Positions 52,962 to 64,000 of a stretch of 64,000 bases of DNA are shown piece by piece. The notes under the pieces are model-generated. The model was not told the origin of the DNA. It did no database searches and saw only the letters and a program-made list of their open reading frames with translations. Location: NCBI GenBank assembly GCA_051294905.1, contig CM119372.1, forward strand, positions 15,936,001-16,000,000, read 5' to 3'. The position numbers and the translations under genes are program-made. The stretch's first letter is position 1; every line of letters starts with the position of its first letter. Source of the DNA: Botryllus schlosseri (taxonomy: Eukaryota).

Positions 52962-55914
52962 AATTTAGAAACTGTTTTCTCCGAGTACTCACAATAATCT
53001 ACCAATTACAAAATTTAAAAGAAAGTTCACATTGCTCGTCGTGCTTCGCACGAAATAAATATGGAGTGACAAGTATGTTGTCACGTAAGTATCGGCCAAT
53101 GTAGTTTCAGTAGCGGGTTGCATGAACTGGATACTTTCATACGGCATTGCCGCCGATATGTCCTGTTTCATCACAGTCAATGTGGCTAAAATATTTCGAA
53201 TAATTGTATCGTGATGCGGCCTCTAACTATCTTACCGTAATCCAGCATTCTAGCCGCACCGAGTGCGTTCAAATATGGGAAAAGTGGAACTTAACTTTTA
53301 AGCGTTACATCACAGAGCGTTAGTGTCCAATAGGGTTGTCAAAAATTTGAAAAATGTCATAAATACTCCGTTATTGTGTCTTATTCTATAGACTATATTG
53401 ATAAAGAACAATATTGAGCCTGAAAGGAGCTCACAGGAAAGCCGTTAGGATTTCGATCAAAGCGTTTGAAAGTAGCTGCTCAAGAATTGGCGTGCCACCG
53501 ACCATAGAACGGCGAAAAAACTAGTAATCACATAAACACGGCTCTTGATTGGCTAATCGGCTATGCTTCAATGGTCACGGCAGCAGCCGCTTGTTGATTA
53601 AGTGTTCACGGAGTCCGCTACCGTCGGGGATACTGAAAGCACATTGTTGGTAGGTGGGCAGATGATGATTTAAGATTAATTCAGGACATGTTGAGGTACG
53701 AAATACATGATGAACAAACAATAGCTGCTTCACAAAAACTTTTACAGCATGCCTGATTTATTGTGAAGGGAAGGGGCGGTAGCCTATATGCCCTGTTTTC
53801 ATCGAGAGAAAGCAAAGGCGCTTATGCAAGTGGTGAACGAATTCCCTGTTTCAGCAGGGATCCATCATCAGTGAATACAAATATAAAGCTTAAACCGCGA
53901 AGCACGTTCCGAAAAATTCAAACTATCAAGAAAAAACTAATTTTTGGAATATAAACAATTTCAGGCAACTTATTGTTAAATTAAACTCCACGTTGCCGAC
54001 ATATTATCGTTAACCAACATAAAGTAGAACATTTTGGTGCTAAATTATTCAATTTCAAATTTTAGTCTGGCTTCGCGCGCTTAGTATCACTGTAGTTCTC
54101 GATTTTATTGTGCGTATACCCAGCCCGGAACATAATACGCATAAATTTACAGAATTGAAATCTAAAGAATCGTCCTGTATTCGCAATTATGAAAGCATTG
54201 CTGAAGGCCGTTGAAATACTATAATCTAGGGGCGCGTAAAGAGCGGCTGCATTATCGGCATTTCGGCGCTGACCGTTTCCACGCCAGGACACACCAAGAC
54301 GTATGGCGGTTTCGCCAACACGGGACTTCACGTGAAGTACGTTGGCAAAAAAGATCACTGGCGGCATGTTGGCCGGAACCTTCGATATTGTTATGTTCAA
54401 GAACCGATTTAGTCGTCACCGGATAGTCCTAATATAAGCTGCGCGCGGTACAAATGCGACCCGCGGAGAGAAATAATGCTCCCAGTGTTGAAATGTGAAT
54501 TGAAAAATGATTTTTTCCCTTTCGTTTAGTCGGGCACGTGTGAGTGACTCCAATATATCATTCGAGTAGCCACAATCATTACCCTGGTTCATGAAATAAC
54601 AACATGCTTCAACAAAGTAATTACTGTATTGTTGACAAAATTTACTTCCTCTAGAAAACTTGGCGCTTCACGCGACAAGAAAATACCGGTACACTGATTT
54701 CATAACACTAGTTGGTGCGTACTAAGCCGAGAAACAAGTTAAAAAGTCGTTAAAATGCCGTTAGCTAATTCGACTCGTTTGTGATTAGCGGAATACCGTT
54801 TGTGAATCGGATGTATAAAGGGTAGCCTAGTGTTAAAATTACCGGAATTGGTAAGAGAAGTCGGGAGGATTTTTTCCCCACTGATTAAGTTGATCGCCCT
54901 ATGAATACCAAGACCACCGTTTGCGGATGTTTTGTGGTAATTCGGTAAGGGGCCGTCAGTCATTCAAAAAATTTTCGAGGGACCGTTTCGTGAATTTTTC
55001 TCAAAACGTTTGAGAACTACTGACGTACTGAGTTAACAAAACTAACAAACAAATATGCAGAGCGCGGCCGAGCAACTTATAGATGATTGTCAGCATTTCG
55101 CGCGACGCAGAATTTCACGTAGCAGTACTTGACTACATTGATTCGATATAGATGAAATCGTTCCAAAACAACGATATATTGGTATAGTCTTGGGCGGAGA
55201 CGGAGATTGACGCGTCCATATTTGCATAATTGCTATTACTGCGCACATTACTGCTCACCATTTTTTATAGTCAGCACGCCAAATTTGAAGGTGGGGTCGC
55301 AGAACATTTTCAAATCGGAATTAGGTGTCTCGAGATCGCCACCGTAAAAAGGTTGGGAACCACTGGTGTAATCGGTTAGTCCACGGCCTTCAGCCTTCGA
55401 CACACTACCGCAGTATCTCATGAATGTCGTCATGAACACAAATAAAGCCCTCCAATGTCACTCTCTAGGAGCATTCTTGCAAAACATGTTTGCGTACTTT
55501 TATCATAATTGCATTTCGGGTTTATTCAATTTTTGAAGGTCCAGCGGTCCGCCGACTATTTTTGGAAATTTTACCGGTCCGCGAGCTTAAAAAAGTTGAG
55601 AACCACTGGTGTAGGGTACCATTCCATGACATGGGTGGTTGTGTAAATAGAAGTTGAGAACCCCTGTTCCCAAGTAAAACTATTATTTCCATTCGATGAT
55701 GCAGTCGAATTCGTATGTGTGGAAACTTTGTACCTCCAGGTATATAGCAGCACGAATACAATTATCTGCACCTTCCGCAGTGCTCGTTTTACAGTTTTTG
55801 ACAGTCCATGAGAGCGTATTTATTACTGCTTCTCACAGCTACTTATTTATTTACTTACTCACTTACTTGAGTAGATTTTAGCGTCACTACTTCTTCTAAT
55901 TGAAGTAGTTTTAG

Positions 55915-57042
55915 GGGTTGCCAGTGAACCCGTCCCTCGGTGAACCCGTCCCGTGAACCCGTCCCTCGGTGAACCCGTCCCTCGGTGAACCCGGCCCTCG
56001 ATGAACTCGGCCATCGGTGAATTCCGCCCTCGGGAAATTTTGAAATTAAGTGTATTAACAAGTATTAATATGAATTATTAAACTAATACTGTTATTATCA
56101 ACTGATTTGTCGATCTTGTAAGGAGGTCAGGGCATGCGTAGATCACGCAGTCACGGAGTGATCAGATCACGTGATCACGATTGCGTGGTCGGCTCATTGT
56201 TGAATTGACTTGGCGAGGGGCGAACGTGCGACGTTCGACATCCTCGTATCTGTTCATGACATCGCATTGGGTCTTATCGCATTGTATATTGTGTGTGACT
56301 TGTTCAGATGAAAAATATATCCCAAGGATTGTTATTGCTCACATATCAACCACGCGTGGTCTGCTCGTTATTGCAACTGTAGGTTGAGGTGGGGTGTTAG
56401 GGTTGGGTAGGCCGTAGGGTAGGGGGGGGGGAGACATTAGGGTTCGGGGAGTGGGACATTGGGTTCGGGCAGGATACTAGGGTTGGGGGAGGGGGATATT
56501 AGGGTTGGTGGAGGTGGGATATTAGGGTTGCCGGAGGTGGGATATTAGGGTTGACGGTGGGGGACATTAGGGTTGGGGTAGGATATTAGGGTTGCCGGAG
56601 GTGGGATATTAGGGTTAGGGTTAGGATATTAGGGTTGCCGGAGGTGGGATATTAGGGTTAGGATATTAGGGTTGCCGGAGGTGGGATATTAGGGTTGGGG
56701 GAGGGGGGATATTAAGGTTGGGGGTAGGATATTAGGGTTGCCGGAGGTGGGATATTAGGGTTAGGGTTAGGATATTAGGGTTGCCGGAGGTGGGATATTA
56801 GGGTTGGGGGAGGGGGGACATTAGGGTTTGGGGTAGGATATTAGGGTTGCCGGAGGTGGGATATTAGGGTTGCTGGTGAATACAAAATTTCCCGAGGGCG
56901 GAATTCACCGAGGGCTGAGTTCATCGAGGGCCGGGTTCACCGAGGGACGGGTTTACCGACGGACGGGTTCACCGAGGGACGGGTTCACCGAGGGACGGGT
57001 TCACGGGACGGGTTCACCGAGGGACGGGTTCACTGGTAATCG
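55915..57042. mobile_element. Foldback-like element with long modular TIRs and an internal TTAGGG-rich minisatellite
   Basis: TIRs of ~130-150 bp built from gtgaacccgtccctcg units; 6-bp TSD ttttag; minisatellite gggttgccggaggtgggatatta at 56385-56872. Confidence 0.88.
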
Positions 57043-57679
57043 TTTTAGGATGCTTTCAAATGGACTACTTCTACTCGTACTTGACTAGATTTTAGCGTCA
57101 CTACTTCTGTTTCTATTTGAGTAGCTCGCTTGACTACTTTCACCCCCACTGCTTATAATGGCGTCAGGTCGTTGCAAAATCGGTTTTTGTGCATACATTC
57201 AACTAGATTGGAGATGAAAAATACATGTTTGAATTGGGTGCCATTAATATGTATAATTTCCAGGAGGAGGCGTCTAGTCACTGGTAAAAAATTCCAAGGC
57301 TTACATTGATTCACGACTTTACGGTGCATGAGCTTCTACAATTTTATAATGTCGAAATTTTGGTTGAAGACCGATCAGTAAAAAGAAAAGTTGGTCTCAT
57401 GCCCGCAAGTAATGTCCTAATTTATTATACTTGAAATCGCGCGACATGAAATCTTTTGTAGCACAATACGTTGACTATTCAAAGGAAAAGTAGACATGAC
57501 GATAACTGCATGCAATGCAGTTTTCAAATTCCTATTGTTTTCCTGAAAAGTTCCCGACCTCTGTAGTACACGGAAGGCACAAAATAATTATTATCAACTG
57601 GCCTGCCGAAATATGTATAATTTTTATTTACGTACACTAAAATTTCGAAGTCTCCATTTCCCTCAGCTCATCGGTAAAT

Positions 57680-57965
57680 CAGTGGCGAGATAGCGTAGTG
57701 GTATCATCCCTAGCTGCAACACCAATGGGTTGTGGATTCGGATCCGACCGAGGTCGACTCCAGAATTCATACCTGAGTGTTGAAGGTTTGGCTAGGCTAC
57801 TCCTCACTATCTCATATGTGTAAGCGATGTCTTATAAAAGCCTAGAAGTGGGCCGGGCTACAAATCAGCCGTTACGTGATCAAGAAATCAGGAATAATGG
57901 CTTGGTGCAAATGACCGTAGTAGTCGGCGAACACCATGAATACCATAAACAACAACAACAACAAC
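57680..57965 (+). mobile_element. Full-length SINE A
   Basis: A/B boxes, (CAA)n tail, TSD cggtaaat. Confidence 0.92.
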
Positions 57966-58204
57966 CGGTAAATTTGGTCCCGTGGGCTTAAAGAGGATCA
58001 AAAATTAACAGCGACATATGAAATTACCAACATCATTGACGAAATTCAGTGATGAATTTGGAATGTTTTCACACTTCATGTGACTGGAGAGCAGTAACAC
58101 ATTGACCTTTTTCGTTGTTTGGCATCTGAAAGCTGGGTTGATCAACGTTTGGAGTACTGACACCGGCATTTTGGCGACAGCCATTCTTCCGCAAGGGCAT
58201 AGGC

Positions 58205-59265
58205 CAGTGGTCGGAAACCTATGGCTCGCGAGCCATATATGGCTCTTTTGGGTATAAGATATGGCTCTTTGACATATTTTTAATTTTGTACTTGATTTTA
58301 TCGATATTGCAGCAACTTGTTAAATTTTCATAACGACCAGAATAATTATTAGTCTCGTGGCAGAGCTCAAGAGAGTGGCGTATACAGCGTTACGGGCTTG
58401 GACCCCTTTATAAAATACTCAAATTTAAGGTACTGCAGCGTCAGCGACAAATATCGCTCGCGAATTCAATGTACAAGTACATGACATCGCGCGCCGCGAA
58501 ATCTTGGATTGCTCCGTTTACGTTGATTGACCGAAGAGAATTGCAATCTAGCTTTCTAATTACACACTGTGTTCCTGATCCACGACAAGAAATGAACTGC
58601 CTTGGAAATTACATTCACAATCACAAATAAATTTGGGGGTATTTTTAAATTTTCAGTTGACGATAATAGAGGTTTATACCTGGCATCTTGACTATGTCAA
58701 TACTCAGCGTAAAATTTCGCGTCCATGGATACCAAATTCAAGTCCCATTCGACCAAGATTGTAGAGTTAATAACTAGGATACGATTGCTTATGACAATCT
58801 TAACATTAGCCTTCCTCGATTTTATGTTTATGTGTTACAATCAACGCTTAACCATACATGTTCTTGATTATTAAGTCGCTTTCTGGTGGTGCCATTAAAA
58901 CGTATATAGGCGTGTAGTGCAACGTTCATGTTACCGTCGAATACTACGACAATTGAGAGTTCGATGAATATTTACATTTCCGGAATCAGTTCTACAGTTA
59001 TAGTCGATTAATATCAGATACTATTAATTCGGGGCTTTGTGATGATTTGCGCTGTCACAGGATGATTAGTAGCCTGTGAGATTTTACAGAGAAAATATGG
59101 CGCCCAACACGAATCACATGTTGTGAGTTCGAAAAAATACTGCCATGACGTCACAAATTTTATTTGTGACGTCACAATCGATTGACAGGTATTGCTCTTT
59201 GCGAGTTAAAATGGAAAATATAGGGTCAAAAGGGCTCTTCAGACGAAGAAGGTTCCCGACCACTG
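58205..59265. mobile_element. hAT non-autonomous element
   Basis: TIR cagtggtcggaaacct/aggttcccgaccactg; perfect TSD gcataggc. Confidence 0.9.
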
Positions 59266-59724
59266 GCATAGGCTATCACGTCATCTGCCAACATGAGACA
59301 TTGCGAAGCTTGCTCTCAAAAACATGGCGGTGATCAAAACTTGATCCAAAATTACCGAGACATCTTGGTCGATTAATTACGGCCCCGAATACTCCCGTCC
59401 TTGGAATCTTAGCCCAACGATGTAAACGCGACCAGCATAAAACAATATTGCACCTTATGAGGAAATATGATTTGAAATGGTTTGAGTCTCAGCGGCTGCG
59501 TTTTTCCTTTAGTTTGGTCTGGTGAACGTGTGAGCAATTCCAATATATTTCGAGAAGCATCTATCTTTGCCGGAGATCACGCAAAAACAATATTTTCCAA
59601 CAAAGTAGTTTGAATGACAAGTCGCGATATCTTTCTAATAGTCTTAACCGTGTAGCATTGATGAGCTAAATTTGTTATTACACACTGATTTTTAATAACA
59701 TAACAATAATAACATTGAATGACC

Positions 59725-59825
59725 GATTGAGCTTGAACACAGCTTTCAAGAGTATACATTCATAGCAACGTTTATTGATTCGAAGAAGTTTTCGCGTGCC
59801 TCTTCTCAACAGCAACCGGCACGAT
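59725..59825 (-). ncRNA. Solo Penelope pseudo-LTR fragment with degenerate hammerhead
   Basis: gtgcc..TTGAGAA-gaggcacgc-GAAA..ttc..aataaa..ttgaaagctgtgttcaag mirrors 27190-27288. Confidence 0.6.
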
Positions 59826-60158
59826 AAAAGACATAGAACAGTCAATCAAGTCCTAATGGCGGCCTCATTGCCTACTGGTAACTTGCTGATGATATAAAAA
59901 CAGCTCATCAACACCTTAGTGGCCCATGCTATCGTTTGTACACCGCGTGTGGCCCTTCGGTTGAAAGTATTGGACGCAGATCCATTCCCCATACTACAGT
60001 TTTCTGTAACAATTCTCGCGCTCTCGATATGTATAGAGAGATTTATCCACTATAATAATACAGTGTGGAATAAAGTACATGGAAATAGCATGTTAGAAAA
60101 CTGTCTGTTCTTTTATGCATCAGATTACGCTTCTGCATACACAAATACCCGTAATCAC

Positions 60159-61022
60159 TACGGCAAGTTTTTGCACCTTTTGCAACTTTTTTTGCAGCTT
60201 CCGACAGCTTCGTAGATACTCAGAATCTATGTAGGCCCTACCATGATGTTTTAAGCTGTTTCGAGGGATTTTATAGTGCAACTTTTTACAACTTTTCTCT
60301 ATTTTTCATTGCCAAATTTTACTGCAACTTTTATCAAATATTGCGTAAAAATGTACAGGAGTGATTTAAAAAACATGCTATGAACTATATCTAGTATGGT
60401 TCTACTATATGATGGGTTAGCTGCTTCTCACTGTTATCTATGACACAATGGAGAGAAGTTCAACTCCCACCTGCGAAACACGACCATGCCCGAATAATAT
60501 GTAAAAAGATCGCTTTAGTAATTCTGTCGTTTAAATTTGAAATAGTTTCCCATTTCACGAACGCCCAGGCGAGACCGCCGAAAATTACACTTTCACTGAA
60601 TCCCCTTTTTCCGGCTATTGATTTTGTTCAAAGTCACCAAGAGTGAGTTTTTCTGTGATGCCTTGGTTAAAGTTTGCAGACCTAGGGGGTTTGGGGTGTG
60701 TTATTCTACTTGTTTTAGGGGGAGGTGGTTATCGCTACGCTGTTTGGCTTTGGGGGGGGGGGGGAATTATCCCCGCATTGCGTAATTTTCTTGCTGTGTG
60801 CCGGGAGAAAATGTAACTTTTGGCGGTTTCGTCATGCAGACTGTTAAATGGCGAAGTAATAAATGTGACATATCTGCAGGAACTAGGTTATACAACGAAA
60901 CCTTTCAAACATCTCATACCCTAATAATTCAACAAAAATTATAAATGCAACTTTTTACTGCAACTTTTGTTAAAATTAAATGCAACTTCCTCGCCATTTT
61001 AGTGCAACAAAAACTTGCCCTA
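60159..61022. mobile_element. hAT-type MITE (tgcaacttt repeats) with possible unknown-family cargo
   Basis: TIR tacggcaagtttttg/caaaaacttgcccta; TSD gtaatcac/gtaatgac; internal PAIDFVQSHQE vs LAIDFYNSPQN (14470). Confidence 0.78.
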
Positions 61023-61273
61023 GTAATGACCAATTAGGATTTCGTTCGAATAGATTAGACTCGATTCATACTATATATATTTATTCAATAAAATCATACT
61101 TGTTGAGCCTATTTCCAGAAGTAAAAGTAAAAATATGGATAACAGATTCTACCCTGCACGTGTTTCCGTTCGAATTAAACTAGATATAGCTTCGCTTTCC
61201 TGTCCCTCATCCTTCCACTTCTCGCACATCAACACATTTCATTCATTCAATATAGATATATAGATATATAAAT

Positions 61274-63197
61274 TAGGGATGGTGTGAACGTGAGGTTCAC
61301 GTTCGCGTTCTGTGTGTGAACCCCGGGAATTTAGAGGTTTACGTTCGCAAAAGAACCTTGGTAGGTTCTGCACTGTAAACCTTTTTCATATATTACCATT
61401 TTCACGTCATTATAGCATCTTTGGTTGAAATTTTGTGCATAGCAACTTTGCACCACTCTAAGCATGGCGCTGGCAGCATAACAAAATCAACACCAAATGA
61501 GCATGCACCTTGCCAATCTCAAAACTTTTACTTGCTTTGTTACAAAAGTTTGCTCGAAATATCCAGCTTTCCGAATGAATATCTAGTGACTCTCTGCTGT
61601 GAGTTTGACCCACAATCACACAACATCAAGAGCGTAATAGGGGAGATGTGGTACTGATGGATCAAAAATTGCAAATTGATCTCTGGCCCTCAAATCTTCA
61701 CCCGAGAATAGCCGATCTTTTGCTGTCTGAACACTTCGATACAAGCTCTACCTATCGCGAACATTCACATGAATATCGTACGTATCATCGGTCCCCACCC
61801 GGTGGGTCCAAAGGCACGCGACCATGGGACCTATGAGACATACGCTCAAAAACTCAAATTTGTTAACTTGTTTTGTTGTGTACAATAATCGAAGCTACAG
61901 CAAGCCAATGAAGAATGTTTCGTCGCCAACTTCAACAATAAAATAGATTATATCAACTCAACTGTTAACATAAAATCACGTTTTGATTTACGCCCAAACT
62001 TACAAAATTAATGCCACATACATATTGCCCGCAAATCGACATTTTGACTTTTAAATACCTCGTGATATTGATAAAACACCAGATTTAACTATGATTTACA
62101 GCCTCTATATATGTAGGCGTGTTTCTGTTGTCAAGTGATTAGTTGGTCCATCTACTTTGCTTGATTTGGCTATGGCACCATAGGTCCCCCACCCTATAAA
62201 TATTGTAATTGAATTGAAAATAGTGCACTCGAGGATGGTATTGATTAAAAAAATATGTGTCATTATATACCCTGATACAAGCCCTATACTTACATCAAAA
62301 ATTATGGCGGGTTTATTAGTCTGGAAGGTGATATGGAAAAATGTATATGTCGATCCAAATTTACTTTACACCGCCTAAAACGTAAATAATTTGTCACAGA
62401 CACGATGACTCACGTAAGTCGAAGTTTTTTTGCATGTGAGGAAAGATTCTGCCAGCATGCCATTGTAGACAAATTGTCGTACTGTAATCATGGCATTATC
62501 AAAGAGAATTTTTCAAGTATTTTCGGTCCCAGTGTCTCATCGGTACCACATATCCCCCTACACTACATGTAGGTACGTATAGTCAGCGGATGATGCTTAT
62601 TCAACCAATCGATGAAATTGATATCGTTCTAGAATGCGCACGGGGTCGATCTTGATTTCATATGTTAATTGTATCATAAAAACATATCCGTGCGATTGGG
62701 GTGTTTGCCGCTGCTGTATAACTTGTTAATGGTGTAATATCGGTAGCAATTATAGAAACCCGTTTACACTCTGCTCAATATCAGCGTAGCAATACTCATA
62801 CGCCGAATGTAATTCCGGTCTGGCCTAGAACGTAAGGCGTAAGCTTAAATTCCCTTTCAAGTTCTCGTCGAAATTGTTGGCAAAGCGACGGAAGATATTG
62901 ATTTTATGGGTTTATTATATCATTCGATTGCCTCAGTTGATACAAATGGCGAGGTTTAAAACGTCAATATGTATACTTCAGCATTGTGGCGTGATGTGGC
63001 CCGAGTCGTCGCTAGGCATCCTGTACAGTGTATACAAGTACCTTAATATAGGCTATCACTTCACTGAAATGTAGGGTTGGAATTAGCAATATGACGTCAA
63101 GTGACGTCATGAGGTCCACGTTCGCGTTCACACAGAAGCTTTCAAATGGTTCGCGTTCTAACGAACCTGAACCTTTCAGAGGCTCACACCATCTCTA
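61274..63197 (+). mobile_element. Complete TAGGGATGGTGTGAAC hAT MITE
   Basis: TIR tagggatggtgtga/tcacaccatctcta; TSD atataaat/atatatat; paralog of 12610-14732. Confidence 0.88.
61640..62558. mobile_element. TA-flanked (Tc1/mariner/pogo-type) MITE
   Basis: TIR ggggagatgtggtactgatg/catcggtaccacatatccccc; TA duplication; empty site aaatacactacatg at ~12932. Confidence 0.82.
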
Positions 63198-64000
63198 ATA
63201 TATATGCGTCAAACCCCACACTACAAATGCACATGTAAATCGCTTTATGCTAATTCTGAAATTTGATTGATATTCTGATCGACTCAATTGACTATACCAC
63301 TGAACGAACACTGCCGGAATATCTGGTGTAGGTCTAACGTGAGTCTAAAATCGGAAACAGTAGATTTTGAAGGTCATGTGTGAATTGGGAAATTGTATAT
63401 AACGTCTTCAGCATCTCTCTTTCTCATGGAGCCTATGCCCAAAATCCTTGACAGAAAAATAATAATTTCATCTATCTCCTAATATAAGTCCCGCATTTAC
63501 GAGCTAGGGGCTCACTATTCTGTAACGCTGGACCAGACTGATTGGGAGCTGTGCACAAAGGAGCCTGCTGCGAAGTGACGTGTTGACTCTAATACATATT
63601 ATGGCATAATCCAGTGTTTGGAATGTTAACGAGGTGAACGCTGTAGGCTATACCAGCTGGCATTGTATGAGCTAGCAATATTCACCATGACCGTTACGGT
63701 AATGTCGCCGATATTATCGACAGTTGGAGTATAATTAGGAAATCATTACGCCAACAGTTCACATTCGATGGTAGATAGTTTGATAGGGTATTCTATATGA
63801 CGAGTTCAAAATGAGCTAATAAACATGCTTGGCAAGAGTGTCGGAAGTTCTCAAGTCATGACTTGACTCGAGTAAAATTTTGCGAAAATGACTTGATTTG
63901 ACTCACTGTTTCAAAAATGTGGATTTACTCGTGACTCCGAGCAAAAATTATAAGTCAATTTCAAGTAATTGGTATCGACTAAATCGCTATATCTTGTGTA

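Noticed and set aside
56385..56872. True or interstitial telomere, or CRISPR array
   Set aside because: Degenerate minisatellite inside TIRs; no unique spacers and no cas genes

Overview
AT-rich eukaryotic (invertebrate metazoan) genomic DNA. The repeat style suggests an ascidian or similar marine invertebrate, but that is inference only. No intact host gene, rRNA, true tRNA or CRISPR array is supported. The window is a dense mosaic of nested transposable elements. These include many non-autonomous hAT elements with 8-bp target-site duplications (TSDs), about 11 copies of a tRNA-derived SINE plus one sister SINE, and a 5'-truncated Penelope-like retroelement (RT + GIY-YIG) with a minimal hammerhead ribozyme. 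There are also an I/Nimb-type LINE 3' end, Chapaev3 and hAT transposase relics, a Gypsy gag relic bracketed by INVERTED LTRs, and a TTAGGG-rich foldback element. The main observation is that much of the apparently unique DNA between the TEs consists of at least 15 decayed, intronless, highly divergent copies of one unrecognised ~270-aa coding unit. Shared motifs include KHV, (L/I)x(W/F)QC, CxYxxxRI and W...IKV...PG...ADT.YWI.DFT. Copies lie on both strands, and several sit inside hAT elements. All alignments were made by eye, and boundaries of decayed features are approximate.
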